Shown here piece after piece: positions 14,231-25,586 of a stretch of DNA of 64,000 nucleotides (position 1 is the first letter of the stretch; the number at the start of each line of letters is the position of its first letter). A program made the position numbers and the translations under genes. The stretch comes from the human T2T-CHM13v2.0 reference genome, Homo sapiens: assembly GCF_009914755.1 (NCBI RefSeq), contig NC_060947.1; one strand, given 5' to 3'. Below the pieces are notes generated by a model. It did no database searches, was not told the DNA's origin, and saw only the letters and a program-made list of their open reading frames with translations.

Positions 14231-15039
14231 CTCTGGGTTCAGTCAGTTTCCCAGAGTGGAATCTTCCAATCTTCCGCTTGGCATGTGTAACCTGGCTGTC
14301 AGTATTTTGGGAACTGAGTCAAGGATGGGGACTGGAGGTCTCAATGTTCAGAAGGCAGACTCCAACTTAATCCCAGTTTTCAACATAGCTTCTCAGTGGG
14401 CCCTCAGCTGTGCTTGGTTTAAATGTTTTCTCCCCTGCTGGGATGGAGGGAGGGATTTGGGGGCTGTTTCTTATCATCATGTTCAATCTATCATCCTGTT
14501 TTCAACTCCATACCAAAACTCCCACTTTCAGAGATAACTGGTACCCTCAAAACCTGAGCTTTTTGAGGTTTGGAGTATAAACCGCATCCTTGGGTTTTGG
14601 CTTTTTCTAATCTGCTAAACCACTCATTTAGCCATTCTCTAGTTTCCATATTTGCACATGTACACGCATGCACGCGTGTGTGCTTCTTGCTTATTATAGC
14701 CTCTCCCCCTTTTTCCTTTGTACTCACTGCATTTGGCCTTTTAATCCCCTGTTCTTTTTTTGTGGGATCTCAGGAAGGAGCTCAGATAAGTGCATGTGTT
14801 CAATTTGCCCAATTTAATTGGAAGTGAAGTTGTTTTAAATAACAAACACCTGTTTCATTTTAAAGCCAATCCCATGAACAAAAACTGGATTTCCTGGAAT
14901 CATGAAATATTATAACAAAAAATGTTCATCCAGTCCATTGTTTCTTGTCTTTTTGCTACCAAGTATCTCTTTTATTATATTATATCTACCCCTCACTCCA
15001 ACCCCACAATTGAAAAGATTCAGACTTCCAAACCTTAGT

Positions 15040-15190
15040 TTGGGAAACTTTGCTCAAGTCAATGCCCTCGTTTTACAGATGAAAAGACTGAGGCCAAGAG
15101 ATAGAAGTGATTTGTTGAAGTCTAACCACTAATAAGGGGCCAAGTTAGGATGGGCACCCAAGTCTCCTACTTCCTCTTCTGCTGCTTTTC
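15040..15190 (-). mobile_element. MIR
   Basis: ttttacagatgaaaagactgaggccaagagatagaagtgatttg core. Confidence 0.7.
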
Positions 15191-15513
15191 TATCTAGGAT
15201 GTGAGATTTCTGACTGCCCCCAAACTGATGGGAGGGTGAGGGAAAACTTTCCTTCTGACTGTGGTTTTTCTTAGCAACATCATTACTGGCATTGAAACAT
15301 TACTTCTTCTGGTGGCTAAGAGGAAAATGCTCTCCGCCACCTTGAAGGCCACAGGTGGCCAGACATTCTGGGAATCACTGGAGCTTTCTCAGGGCCACAG
15401 GGGAACCGTTTGTTTGAAATGTAATAAAGGTTCCTTTACACCAAACGTGGAGAAAAAGCTGCACTGGGAACACAACAGAATCAGCGTGAGAGGTCTTTTC
15501 TAGCCACTTAACC

Positions 15514-15534
15514 AGCCAATCAGCAAGGGGGCGC
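15514..15534 (+). promoter_or_regulatory. NF-Y CCAAT box (AGCCAATCAG) overlapping a CTCF-like CAGCAAGGGGGCGC
   Basis: Motifs read directly; the CTCF-like site mismatches one conserved C. Confidence 0.35.
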
Positions 15535-16075
15535 CTGCTGGGAACTCTTTCCTCTCCTGGAAGTTACCAGGGATACACGGGCTTGGCCCTGAAGGGGCTT
15601 CTGATCAAATTGCAGAGACCAGACAGCTTATCGAACAGCTTATAACCTCTCTAAAGGCAGGACCTTTCTTATTCTTATTTCTTGTGGGCCTCAGTGCCCC
15701 AGGCCTCCTGCTGGACACATGTTAGTTACCTATAGCTTAATTAAAGCTTCTTTGGTGCATTATTTCCTCTCCCCAAAGTGGAAATAATGAGCGAGTGCTG
15801 AGCTGATGTGACCACGTAGCCCCATTCCCCAAGGTAAAGTGACTACATACATTTTGTCTTGGAAACTCACTGCCTTCTGCAGAGTCCTTTTTCACTGGTA
15901 AAGGTTAAGTTTTGTTATTCTCCTGGATCTTTTGAAAACAATGCCTATAAATGAGGAAGCTAGCAATAAAACCCCTACTGTTTGTATAGGCTTTGTAGCT
16001 TACTGTGATCTAATTTAATCTCCTATCTTGTCTTTTTCCTCAGTGCTTTGTACACAAATGTTATTGATTCCCTCC

Positions 16076-16250
16076 AGAGGCAGCCATGTGTGGTAGAATA
16101 AACAGCATGAGTCTGGAGTTTTAGCACCCACCTCTTCAACGATCTGAGTGCTGTTAGGCAAGCTGCTTCCCCTCCCTAAGCCTCAATTTACCCGCATACA
16201 GAATGAGGAAAGGGTTTGGACTCCACAGAATCTGAGGCCTCTCTAGTTTC
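16076..16250 (+). mobile_element. MIR/MIR3
   Basis: taggcaagctgcttcccctccctaagcctcaattt...gaatctgaggcctctctag. Confidence 0.55.
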
Positions 16251-16922
16251 TCATTGGAGTGCAAGTGCCATTGTGTGGTTTCTGCTGTGGGCGTGGTTGT
16301 TCCAAACCAAAGGGCAGGGACAGGATGCAGTCTGCTGATCAGGGACAGAGGAAGAGAGACACAGCAGCTTTGCACATTTGTGGGTCCTTATTCCCTCTCC
16401 TTACATTTCCCAGACTGTTTAAGTTCATGATCTCAGGGCAGCGCCTGTCCGCCCCCTACCACACACATCATACTATTCAGAGTTTCTTTCCCAGGGTCTA
16501 CTTTAAAGCCAGTAGATTTTCAGGGGTCTCAGATCTTCTTATTGCTTGCCCTCTTGACATCTGAGGCCTGAAAAGAATTTGGGTTGCCTGCCTAGGCAGG
16601 CTTCCGGAGGCCTCAGCCTTCTGTCTTCCGGGGCTGGGGGTAGGAGGGTGCCAGAGCACAGGCAGTCATTGTTTGGGTATTGACTCAAAGGAGAAGGAGC
16701 CACAATGCACAGGAAAAAGGATGAGCTCATGACAGCTAAATGAAAAGATTCTTATCTTGGAAACAGCGGTTTCTTATGCAGAACAAGGGGCGGCAATGTG
16801 ATTGTGCCCAAGGAGTACATTCAACAACAGGGATTTCAAATGAAGAAGTTATTTTGCATACTTACGGGAGGAGCAATGGGCCAGATTGTTCATTAATTAA
16901 AGGGGGGGGGGTGCTGAACCCC

Positions 16923-16924
<2 letters not shown>

Positions 16925-16968
<44 letters not shown>
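16925..16968. repeat. (AC)22 microsatellite
   Basis: Perfect dinucleotide tract. Confidence 0.97.
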
Positions 16969-16972
<4 letters not shown>

Positions 16973-17589
16973 GAACTTAAATAATTCATTCGCTTTCTCC
17001 TCTTTCTCCTCAGTCCCAGATGATCAGCTGAGAGACAAATGTTTTTTCAACTCTAGCCACCTCTGGAGAAAGGATGGGGGAGAGGATGGGGGAGGACGGG
17101 AGAAGGGATGTGGTGGGGAGGGGAGGGGTGTCACAGATAACTAGAATGGCAGTGATCTCTCAACCATTTCTATTTGGTGTTCAAATGTATTGTACGGAGC
17201 TGGTGATTTTTTGTTTCCTTTTTTTGCACCCAGGAGATTTACCTTTCTAGTTCTGTTTGATTTCACATGAAAGAAGTCTGAGCAAATCCCCACTGAAGAC
17301 GAGTAGAGGAAAGGAGAGAAATGCAGAGGGTGCAGGTCAGGGAGGCCAGGAATATGTTCTTTGACCACAGTCCCTCTCTTTCCCCAACTCTGACACGTGG
17401 TCCCCTGAGGGGAAGGACTAGATCTGTGGCTGTCCTGGAAATTCCGGAATGTAGGTCACCCACTAAATGGGTAATGCCAGAAGTGGAGAGTAGAGTTGTA
17501 TGTGGTTGCAGGTGGGAGGCATCAACACCGCCCACATATCTTTCCTATCAGCCAGACTGCTCTCCTTCTACCCCAGATCATCTTTTGAT

Positions 17590-17890
17590 TTAGGAATAAG
17601 AATGGTTATCATCTATCAAGTACTTTCACATTCATTACCTCTTTTATTATCCCCTCTCACATGTGTTATACATGTGTGCCAGATACTTTCACATATATTA
17701 GCTTATTTGAGTTGCTCAGGGACCCTGGGAGATAGCTCGGTATTACTGCTCCTGTCTTAGAAATGAGGATACCGAGGCTCAGAGACACTAAGTAGGTTAC
17801 CCAAGGTCACACGGCTCAGAAATAGCAAAGCTGGAATTTGAACCCACATCGGTCTTGTTATCAACATCTGTGCTCTAAACTGCTATGCAA
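17590..17890 (-). mobile_element. MIR
   Basis: aaatgaggataccgaggctcagagacactaagtaggttacccaaggtcacac...ggaatttgaaccc. Confidence 0.75.
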
Positions 17891-18429
17891 TGCTAACTCT
17901 CCTCCCTTTCCCTCATTCTTCCCTACATCCACTTTGCCCTACTGTTACCCAAAAGGCAAACTTCCCATGTAGTTGGCATTCTGGCAAGCAAAGCAAGGAC
18001 GGAGGTCTTTCATGAATGTGAGACACTCCTCTCAACCATGCATACCATCATTATGGAAGGCAAATTAAGGAAGAAAAGCCTCATAGATCTCCTCTCTACC
18101 TCAGGCTCACAGATAGGATTAACTTCTTTTAAGTGAGGATTATTGAGGTATAATTTTCAAACAGTAAAATTCTCCTTTTAAAAGTGCAAATAAGTTTCAA
18201 CAAACATATCCTATTATGTCACCACCAACACAATCAAGACAGGATATTTTTATTACCCCAATAAGTTCTCTTGTGCTTCTTTGTGGTCAGTCTGCTCTCT
18301 CCATACACAACCTTTGGCAGCCTCTGATCTATCTTCTATTCCAGCAGTTTTGCAGTTTCAGAATGTCATATTAATGGAATCATAGAATATATACTCTTTT
18401 AGGTCGACTTCTTTCATTTAGCATAACGC

Positions 18430-18815
18430 CTTTCTTCCTTCCTTCCTTTCTTCCTTCTTTCCTTCCTCTTTCTTTCTTTCTTTTCTCTTTCTTTCTTTCT
18501 TTCTTTCTTTTTCTTTCTTCTCTCTTTCTGTCTCCTTCTCTCTTTCTTTTTCTTTCTGTCTTTCTGTCTTTTCTTTCTTTCCCTTTTTCTCTCTTTCTCT
18601 CTCTCCTCTCTCTCCTTCACTCTTTCTCCCTTTCTCTCTGTCACTCCTTTTCTCTCTGTCACTTCTTTTCTCTCTTTCTCTCTCTCCTCTCTCTCCTTCA
18701 CTCTTTCTCCCTTTCTCTCTGTCACTCCTTCTCTCTCTTTCTCTCTCTCTCCTTCTCTTTTTCTCTTTCTTTCTTCTTTTCTTCTCTTCTCTTTCTTTCC
18801 TTTTCTTCTTTTCTG
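18430..18815. repeat. About 390-bp CT-rich tract (expanded Alu tail) with an internal 65-bp duplication
   Basis: Nearly pure pyrimidine; 18585-18649 is repeated at 18666-18730. Confidence 0.9.
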
Positions 18816-19063
18816 CAGGGTCTCACTCTTGTCACCCAGGCTGGAGTGCAGTGGCAGAATCATAGCTCCCTGCAGCCTTCAACTCCTGGGCTCAAGCAAT
18901 CCTCCCATCTCAGCCTCCTGAGTAGCTAGGACTACAGGCACATGGCACCATGCCCTGTTAATTAAACTTTTTTTTTTTTGGTGGAGGTAGAGTCTTGCCA
19001 TGTTGCCCAGGCTGGTCTCAAACTTCTGGGCTCAAGCTATCCTCCTGCCTTAACCTCCAGTGC
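18816..19063 (-). mobile_element. AluJ, 5'-truncated
   Basis: Alu body ends at cctccagtgct, where the host L1 resumes (tttgagattcatccatgt). Confidence 0.9.
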
Positions 19064-19331
19064 TTTTGAGATTCATCCATGTGTTAGTTCATTCCTTTGT
19101 ATTGCCAAGTAATATTCCATTGTATGGATGTGTCACAATTTGTTTATCCATTCTCCAGCTGATGGACATTTGGGTTGTTCCCAGCTTTGAGTGATAATTA
19201 GTGAAGCTGCTATAGACATTTACTTACAGGCTTTTGTGTGAATGTGTATCTTCATTTCTTTTGGGTAAATGCCTAGACATTGGGTTACCGGGTCATATGG
19301 TAAGTGTATCTCTAGCTTTATAAAAAACTGC

Positions 19332-19927
19332 TAATGGGGTTCAGTACATGCTACTTCAAAATATGGCATCTTTGCATTTGAGAAAACAGCAGAAATGGGA
19401 AAGTCACTCCCATCTTCCCCCTGCCCTTTCCCTCTGAAGCAGGTCAGAAAACCTAGGAAGGAAATCCAAAGTTGTAGGCCCTCCAACTTTGTTCTTTTGA
19501 ACAAAATCCTTCCTAGGTTTTCTGCTCTTCCCCTGAAATAGGTCATAGGACCTTCATGTGAGAGGTGCCTTCCCTATACTTGGAGGAAAGGAACAGCCTT
19601 ATCTCTGAAGACAAAGGGACACAGAATGAAATCTGAACAAACAGAGCTTGCAAAGTTTCCCCCAGTTTGTTACCATTAGATCATACCCTTTTGTCTTTCT
19701 ATCATATTTCTCCGTGATTGTCCACTCTTCATCAAACCTACTATGAAATATACTCGGGTTTAACTATTTCTTTGGGTCTTCATTTCTTGACGAAGCCTTC
19801 CTTGTCATGTACAACTTATATTAAATAAACTTGTTTGCTTTTCTCTTGTTAATCTGGCTTTTGTTACAGGGGTCTCAGCCATGAAACTAGAATTGGTAGA
19901 GAAAGAGATTATTTTTCCTCCTCTATA
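19332..19927 (+). mobile_element. ERV1 solo LTR, MER34/MER39 group
   Basis: ggggttcagtacatgctacttcaaaatatggcatctttgcatttgagaaaacagcagaa...aataaacttgtttgcttttctcttgttaatct...; flanks ctgc/ctgt as a 4-bp TSD, with the host L1 continuous across it. Confidence 0.8.
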
Positions 19928-20191
19928 CTGTTAAACTGTTTCCAAAGCAGCTGTACTATTATGAACTCCCACAAGCAATGCATAAAAATTCTAGTTGCTC
20001 TTCATCCTTGCTAATACTTGGATAATGTCACTCCTTTTAATTTTAGCGATTCTAATAGATGTGTATTTTATCTCAATGTAGTTTTTACTTTGCATTCTCC
20101 TAATGATGAATGATGTGAAGTGTCTTTTCATGTGCTTATTTGTCATCTGTATCTCTTCTTTGGTGAAGTGTCTATTCAAATCTTTTGCCCA

Positions 20192-20480
20192 TTTTTTAAA
20201 AGCTTTATTGAGGTATAATAGACATATAAAAACTGCACACGTTTAATGTATACAACTTGATGAGTTTGGACATATGCATACTCTCATGATACTATCACCA
20301 CAATCAAGGTAATAAACATATCCATCACCACCAAAAATTTTCTTGCATTTCCCCCCTTTTTTTGTGGTAAGAATGCTTAACATGAGATCTACCATCTTGA
20401 GTTTTTAAGTGCACAATACTGTCTTGTAAACTATAAGCACTATGTTGTACAGCAGATCTCTAGAGCTTATTCATCCTTGC
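20192..20480 (-). mobile_element. L1MB1/2-like 3' end nested in the older L1
   Basis: agctttattgaggtataatagacat...tgttgtacagcagatctctagagc; TSD-like tgcc(c/g)atttttaaa on both sides. Confidence 0.8.
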
Positions 20481-22218
20481 TGCCGATTTTTAAACTGGGT
20501 TGTTTGTTTTCTTATGATTGAGTTTTGAGAGTTAATTATATATTCTGAATACATGCCTCTTATCAGATATGTGATTTGCAAATATTTTCTTCTAGTCTGT
20601 GGCTCTCCTTTTCATTTTTCTAGTCTTATCTTTTGAAGAGTTAGTAATTTTCATGAAGTTCAATTTTCTTCTATTGTTCATGCTTTTTGGAGTCATATCT
20701 AATAGATCTTTGCCTAACTTGAGGCAAAGAGAGGCAAAGAAGCAAACTCTTGAGAACAAAGAGTTTTCTCTCATGTTTTATTCTAGAAGCTTTATAGTGT
20801 TAGATTTACACTCATGTCTATGAGCCATTTTGAGTTAATTTTGTATATGATACAAGGTAAGGGCTGAGGCTTATTTATTTATTTATTTTTTTGCATATAG
20901 ATGTCAAATTGTCACAGTAACATTTGTTGAAAAAACTATCCTTTCTTCACTGAATTGCTTTTGCACCTTTGTCAAAAATCAAGTGACCACATATATATGG
21001 GTCTACTTATAGACCTCTATTCTGTTCTGTTGATCTATATATTTAGCCTTATGCCAACACCACGCTGCCTTGTTTATTGTAGATTAGTAATAAGTCTTGA
21101 AGTTAAAATGTAGGTCCTCCAACTTTGTTCTTTTGAAAAATTGCCTTGGCTCTTTTATGTCCTTTACTTTTTCCATAGAAAGTTTAGAATCAGCTTGTCA
21201 TTTTCTACAAAGCAGCCTGCTGTCTTTTTGGTTGAGATTGTGTGGAATCTATAGACCAATTCGAGAAGAACTGACATTTTGACCCTATTGAGTCTCTGAT
21301 CCATGAAAACAGAATGCCTCTCCAGTTTTTTTAGGTCCTCTTTATTTCATCAATGTTTTGTAGTTTCAGCATACACATCTTGCACATATTTTGTAAATTT
21401 ATTCCTAAGTATTTCATATTTATTATGCTATTATAAATGGTACTGTTATTAAATTTCTGTTTCCAATTGATATGCAATTAATTTTCGTATACTGACTCTG
21501 TATCCTATGACTTTGCCAAACTCAGTTCTAGTAGCTTGTTTGTACACTCTTTGGGATTCTTTGGTTAAATGATCATGGTGTCTGTGAATAAAGACAGTTT
21601 TATTTCTTCCTTTTCAATATTTATGTCTTCTATTTCCTTTTCCTTGCTTAATTGCTCTGGTTAGAACCTCCAGTACAATGTTGAATAGAAGTGGCAAGAG
21701 AAGACATCTTGTTCCTCTTCTTAGGGGAAAAGCTTTCAGTCTTTTACCATTAAGTATGATGTTAGCTGTGGGTTTTTCATAGATGTGCTTGATCAGGTTG
21801 AGGATATTTCTTTCTATTCTTAGTTTCCTGAGAGTTTTTTTTTTTTTTAAATCGTAAATGGATCTGCATTTTATCAAAAATTTTTAATGCATCTATTGAG
21901 ATCAATCCTTGGATAAACACTACTTGATCATGAGGTATTATCTGTTTTTCTGTATTGATGGATTTAATTTGCTAACATTTGGTGGGGAGATATTTTCTGT
22001 CTATGTTCATGAAGAATATTTGTCTGTAGTTTTCTTATGTCTTTGTCTGGTTTGGTATTGATTGGGTTTTGGATTGAAGTTATTTTTTAAGTAGTGGGTC
22101 TGAATTCAGGGCTGGTTTGAAGCAACAGTGCTTTATGAAGGCCAAGTTTCTCTTAGGCTTTCCTTTCTTTTGCTTTCCTTTACTCTGTTAGGCCACACTA
22201 CTGACCTTTCTTCCTGCA

Positions 22219-22232
22219 ACTGCAGATGGCGC
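22219..22232 (+). promoter_or_regulatory. CTCF-like motif ACTGCAGATGGCGC
   Basis: Good match to the CTCF core (CAGATGGCGC); a weaker reverse motif lies at 22247-22259. Confidence 0.45.
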
Positions 22233-22805
22233 TGGACCCTCAAATAGTCCCCCTGCTGCTCAGCGCTCTGGACTTTTATGTCTTTCTTCTTTGCTCCACT
22301 TCCAAAACAACAACACAATGCATAAAACAACAGAGACCTGCTTCCTGTGTGTGATAGTCAGCTAGTCAGATACATTGAAACTCGTGCTGAAAGACCTGCA
22401 GTCATATCCTTGTCTATGCTTAGAGTTGACCTGAGTGAGCTCCGAGGCGCCTGCATACACTGTCACCAGGGTCTGAGGGATGATGAGGGGATTACATCCG
22501 GCTTGTGAACGGGAGTACTTTCACATTGTCACCTGTACTTTGCAAAGATTTGAGAGTTCTCTGTAGTACGCTGAGTATTTAACAAGCATTCTGACGCTGA
22601 GTAATGATTACGGCTGTACATAAAATAGAAAGATTAGCGTCTCAGTTGCCTGCTTAATATGTAAATGTATCCAGTTATGTGTGAGTGCTTTTAATGAAGT
22701 AACTTGCATTTCTGCTTCCTACATTGAGAGTGATTGATGGAAAAAAAAAACAAAAAAAACCTCTACAACTCCATCAGAAATTAGTAGCCGGCAGGCTCTT
22801 CGGAA

Positions 22806-22819
22806 GAGCCCTCTGGTGC
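22806..22819 (-). promoter_or_regulatory. CTCF-like motif GCACCAGAGGGCTC
   Basis: Reverse complement of gagccctctggtgc; two deviations from the consensus. Confidence 0.35.
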
Positions 22820-23019
22820 TGCCTGGCCTGGAGCTAAAAGGCAGTGGGACTGGGGTTTAGCCCTGGTTTTACAATTGATTTCTGCTTCTCTGGGCATTAG
22901 GAAGTAGACTTCCTTATCCCCCAATCTGAGCTCAGAGGGTTGTTGATGATGGATTGTGAAATAGCTCCACTCACCTGTTCACCTTGGATTGGTTCTCATT
23001 CCAACATACAGATATGGAT

Positions 23020-23270
23020 GATAAAAGTAGAAACTACCAGGCACTGGTGCTGAGTGCTTTGCTCATATTACTCCCTTCCATCATCACACCAATCTTGGAA
23101 GATATGAATTAATATAGCTCCACTTTACAGGCGGAGAAACTGAGGCACAGAGAAGGTAAGTCCCTTGCCTAATCTCACTCTATCAGTTAGTGGCTAGACT
23201 GGGATTCAAATTCAGATTTCCATGGCTGTTGCCCCCAAACTCTTCTTATCACGACACTTCACTGTCTTTT
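23020..23270 (-). mobile_element. MIR
   Basis: cactttacaggcggagaaactgaggcacagagaaggtaagtcccttgcc. Confidence 0.75.
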
Positions 23271-23619
23271 TCACTGCTGAGGTTGGTGGCATCTGTCTGT
23301 GAGAATTATCTCACTTGCCTGTAACTGGATGAGCTTGAAAAGATAAGAAGTGTTCTATGCATCTGTGATGAAGAGCTACAACCAGACAGTGGCTAGGGTT
23401 GAGCACCTCCTTCTGCACACTGCCACATACACTGCTTTCGGCCTTCCGTGACAAGGGTAATGATTTGAACTGCATTTCTCCTAAAGTCTGGCTTAAGAAG
23501 AGTGTTAGACTTCTATCTGCTGTCTCTGTAGCAGTGAGAGGCTTCTTTCCCTCTGCAGAGGTCCCACAGTGGGTAGGGAATGTTTCTCCACTGAGTGTCT
23601 CTAATTGGAAAAGATTTAT

Positions 23620-23835
23620 GTATAGCACTTGTTATATACCAGGTACTTCTCTAATCACTTTATAAATACACACACATGTCTGTTAACTCATATGATCCCC
23701 ACAACCATCCTGTGAGAACTCTTATTATTTCCATTTCACAGATGGTTAAACTGAAGCACAGAGAAGTTAAGTAATTCACCAAAGTCCCCAAGCCAACAAG
23801 AGGCAGAATGGGGCTTTGAACCCAGAGAATGTAGT
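23620..23835 (-). mobile_element. MIR
   Basis: ccatttcacagatggttaaactgaagcacagagaagttaagtaattcaccaaagtc. Confidence 0.75.
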
Positions 23836-23845
23836 AACCCCAGAC

Positions 23846-24060
23846 CTGTGCTCGTTCATAAGGTAGCCACTAGCTACAGGTGACTATTTAAATTTCAATT
23901 TAAATACATTAAAATGAATGAAATTAAAAATTCAGTTTCTCAATCACACCAGCCACATTTCAAGTACTTGACAAGCACATGTGGCTAGTGGCTACTGTAT
24001 GGGATGGTGCATATATAGAACACTGCCATCATCACAGAGAATTCTTATTGTACAGTGCTG
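23846..24060 (-). mobile_element. MER3 hAT-Charlie MITE
   Basis: gtagccactagctac...cacatttcaagtact...cacatgtggctagtggctact...ttgtacagtgctg. Confidence 0.85.
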
Positions 24061-25111
24061 GGCTAGAGTCTGTTCTTTTAATTTACTTGGTGTGGCCCTC
24101 TCAGAATACAATCTGAGTATATCTCCCTATGTTGTTGAGTTGGTTTCCACTTATCTTTCTCTCCAATTTTCTATCCCTCTTCTTTTTTAACTTGAGTGAT
24201 AAGATAGAATAGAATTTTTGACCCTTTGAAAACCAGGCTGTAAACTGTGACCTAAGCCTCTTCTACTAACCTACCCCTTCCCCACCACCTGGACCTCGGG
24301 CTCCTACTGATACTTTCATGTTCAAAGAGCTACAACCTCTACTCAGGATTTTGTGTTAGCCTTGCAGGCTCCTTCTAGAAGTCCCAAGTCATGGCAGGGA
24401 AGGAAAGGGGAAAGGATGCCAAGCGGGTGTAACCCCTTGCTACTTCTTTCTCCAGACTTTGCCCCTTATCAAATCAGTCTGATATGTTGCCTGGAAGGAA
24501 AGAAAAAAATAAAGGAGCTCCCAAATAAGCACCACACAATAGAAGTCGAGAGCAGTTCTCCCCTGCTACACTAACTTATATCGGCATTACGACAAAATTC
24601 CCCAGAGCTGGGACAAGCAGACATGTGATTGACGATGATAACCAAAAGAGATTTTTGTGGGGTTTCAGAGGTGTAACAAAGTGGGGTACTCCTTACCAGA
24701 AGGTGTCTATCTATAGGGTGGGGTTTTAGGGAAATTGACAAGGTTCTATGCTCCTCCACCCCTAAAATAAATCTCCCTCTAGGCCTTCCAGGAAGTCTGT
24801 AATGTCTCCTTCCCTTCAGAGGGAGCGTATGCTGTTTACTTGTTAGCCAACATATCACATCAGAGGGACACAGTATTGCTCATTCTCCCCCTAGGGCTCT
24901 GAGCAAGACAAGGGCAGGGTGGGGACATTCTGGATGGGTGGGGAGTCATTGGCTGAAAAGTTGCAGATGTACCAGACACACTTCAGTTAGTTCTTTTGTT
25001 GGCCTGTGGCCCTGTCTGCAGGTTCAAATTCAGGAAGGAAGCCTTGCAAAGACTCTCCATCACCACAGTGCCCTTAAATTGATGCTTGTCAGGGCACGCC
25101 AGGATCAGGAT

Positions 25112-25169
25112 CTGTCTATCTTTCTTTCTCTTTTCTTTCCCTTCCCTTTCCTTTCCTTTCCTTTCCTTT

Positions 25170-25248
<79 letters not shown>

Positions 25249-25290
25249 CTTTCCTTCGTCTTTCTTTCTTGTTCTTCTCTCTCTCTCTCT
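25112..25290. repeat. (TTTC)n microsatellite derived from an Alu tail
   Basis: Long (TTTC)n run adjoining an Alu 3' end. Confidence 0.95.

Positions 25291-25586
<296 letters not shown>

Larger units (their letters stand above)
18125..22070 (-). mobile_element. Old L1 (L1MB8/L1ME1-like) 3' part of ORF2 and 3'UTR, hosting an Alu, an LTR and a younger L1
   Basis: Minus-strand ORF2-like peptides (MNRHFTKEEIQMTNKHMKR; [38 protein letters not shown]). Confidence 0.9.

Noticed and set aside
18414-18863. Highly charged K/R/E-rich ORFs (also 7688-8296, 25105-25353 and 35437-35745)
   Set aside because: Translations of CT/GA microsatellites, which lack stop codons by composition.
22259-22280. REST/NRSF-like site (ctcagcgctctggac)
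   Set aside because: Several mismatches in both half-sites.
22794-22810. Two facing SapI sites (GCTCTTC/GAAGAGC) as a cloning scar
   Set aside because: No vector or linker sequence nearby; treated as a natural palindrome.
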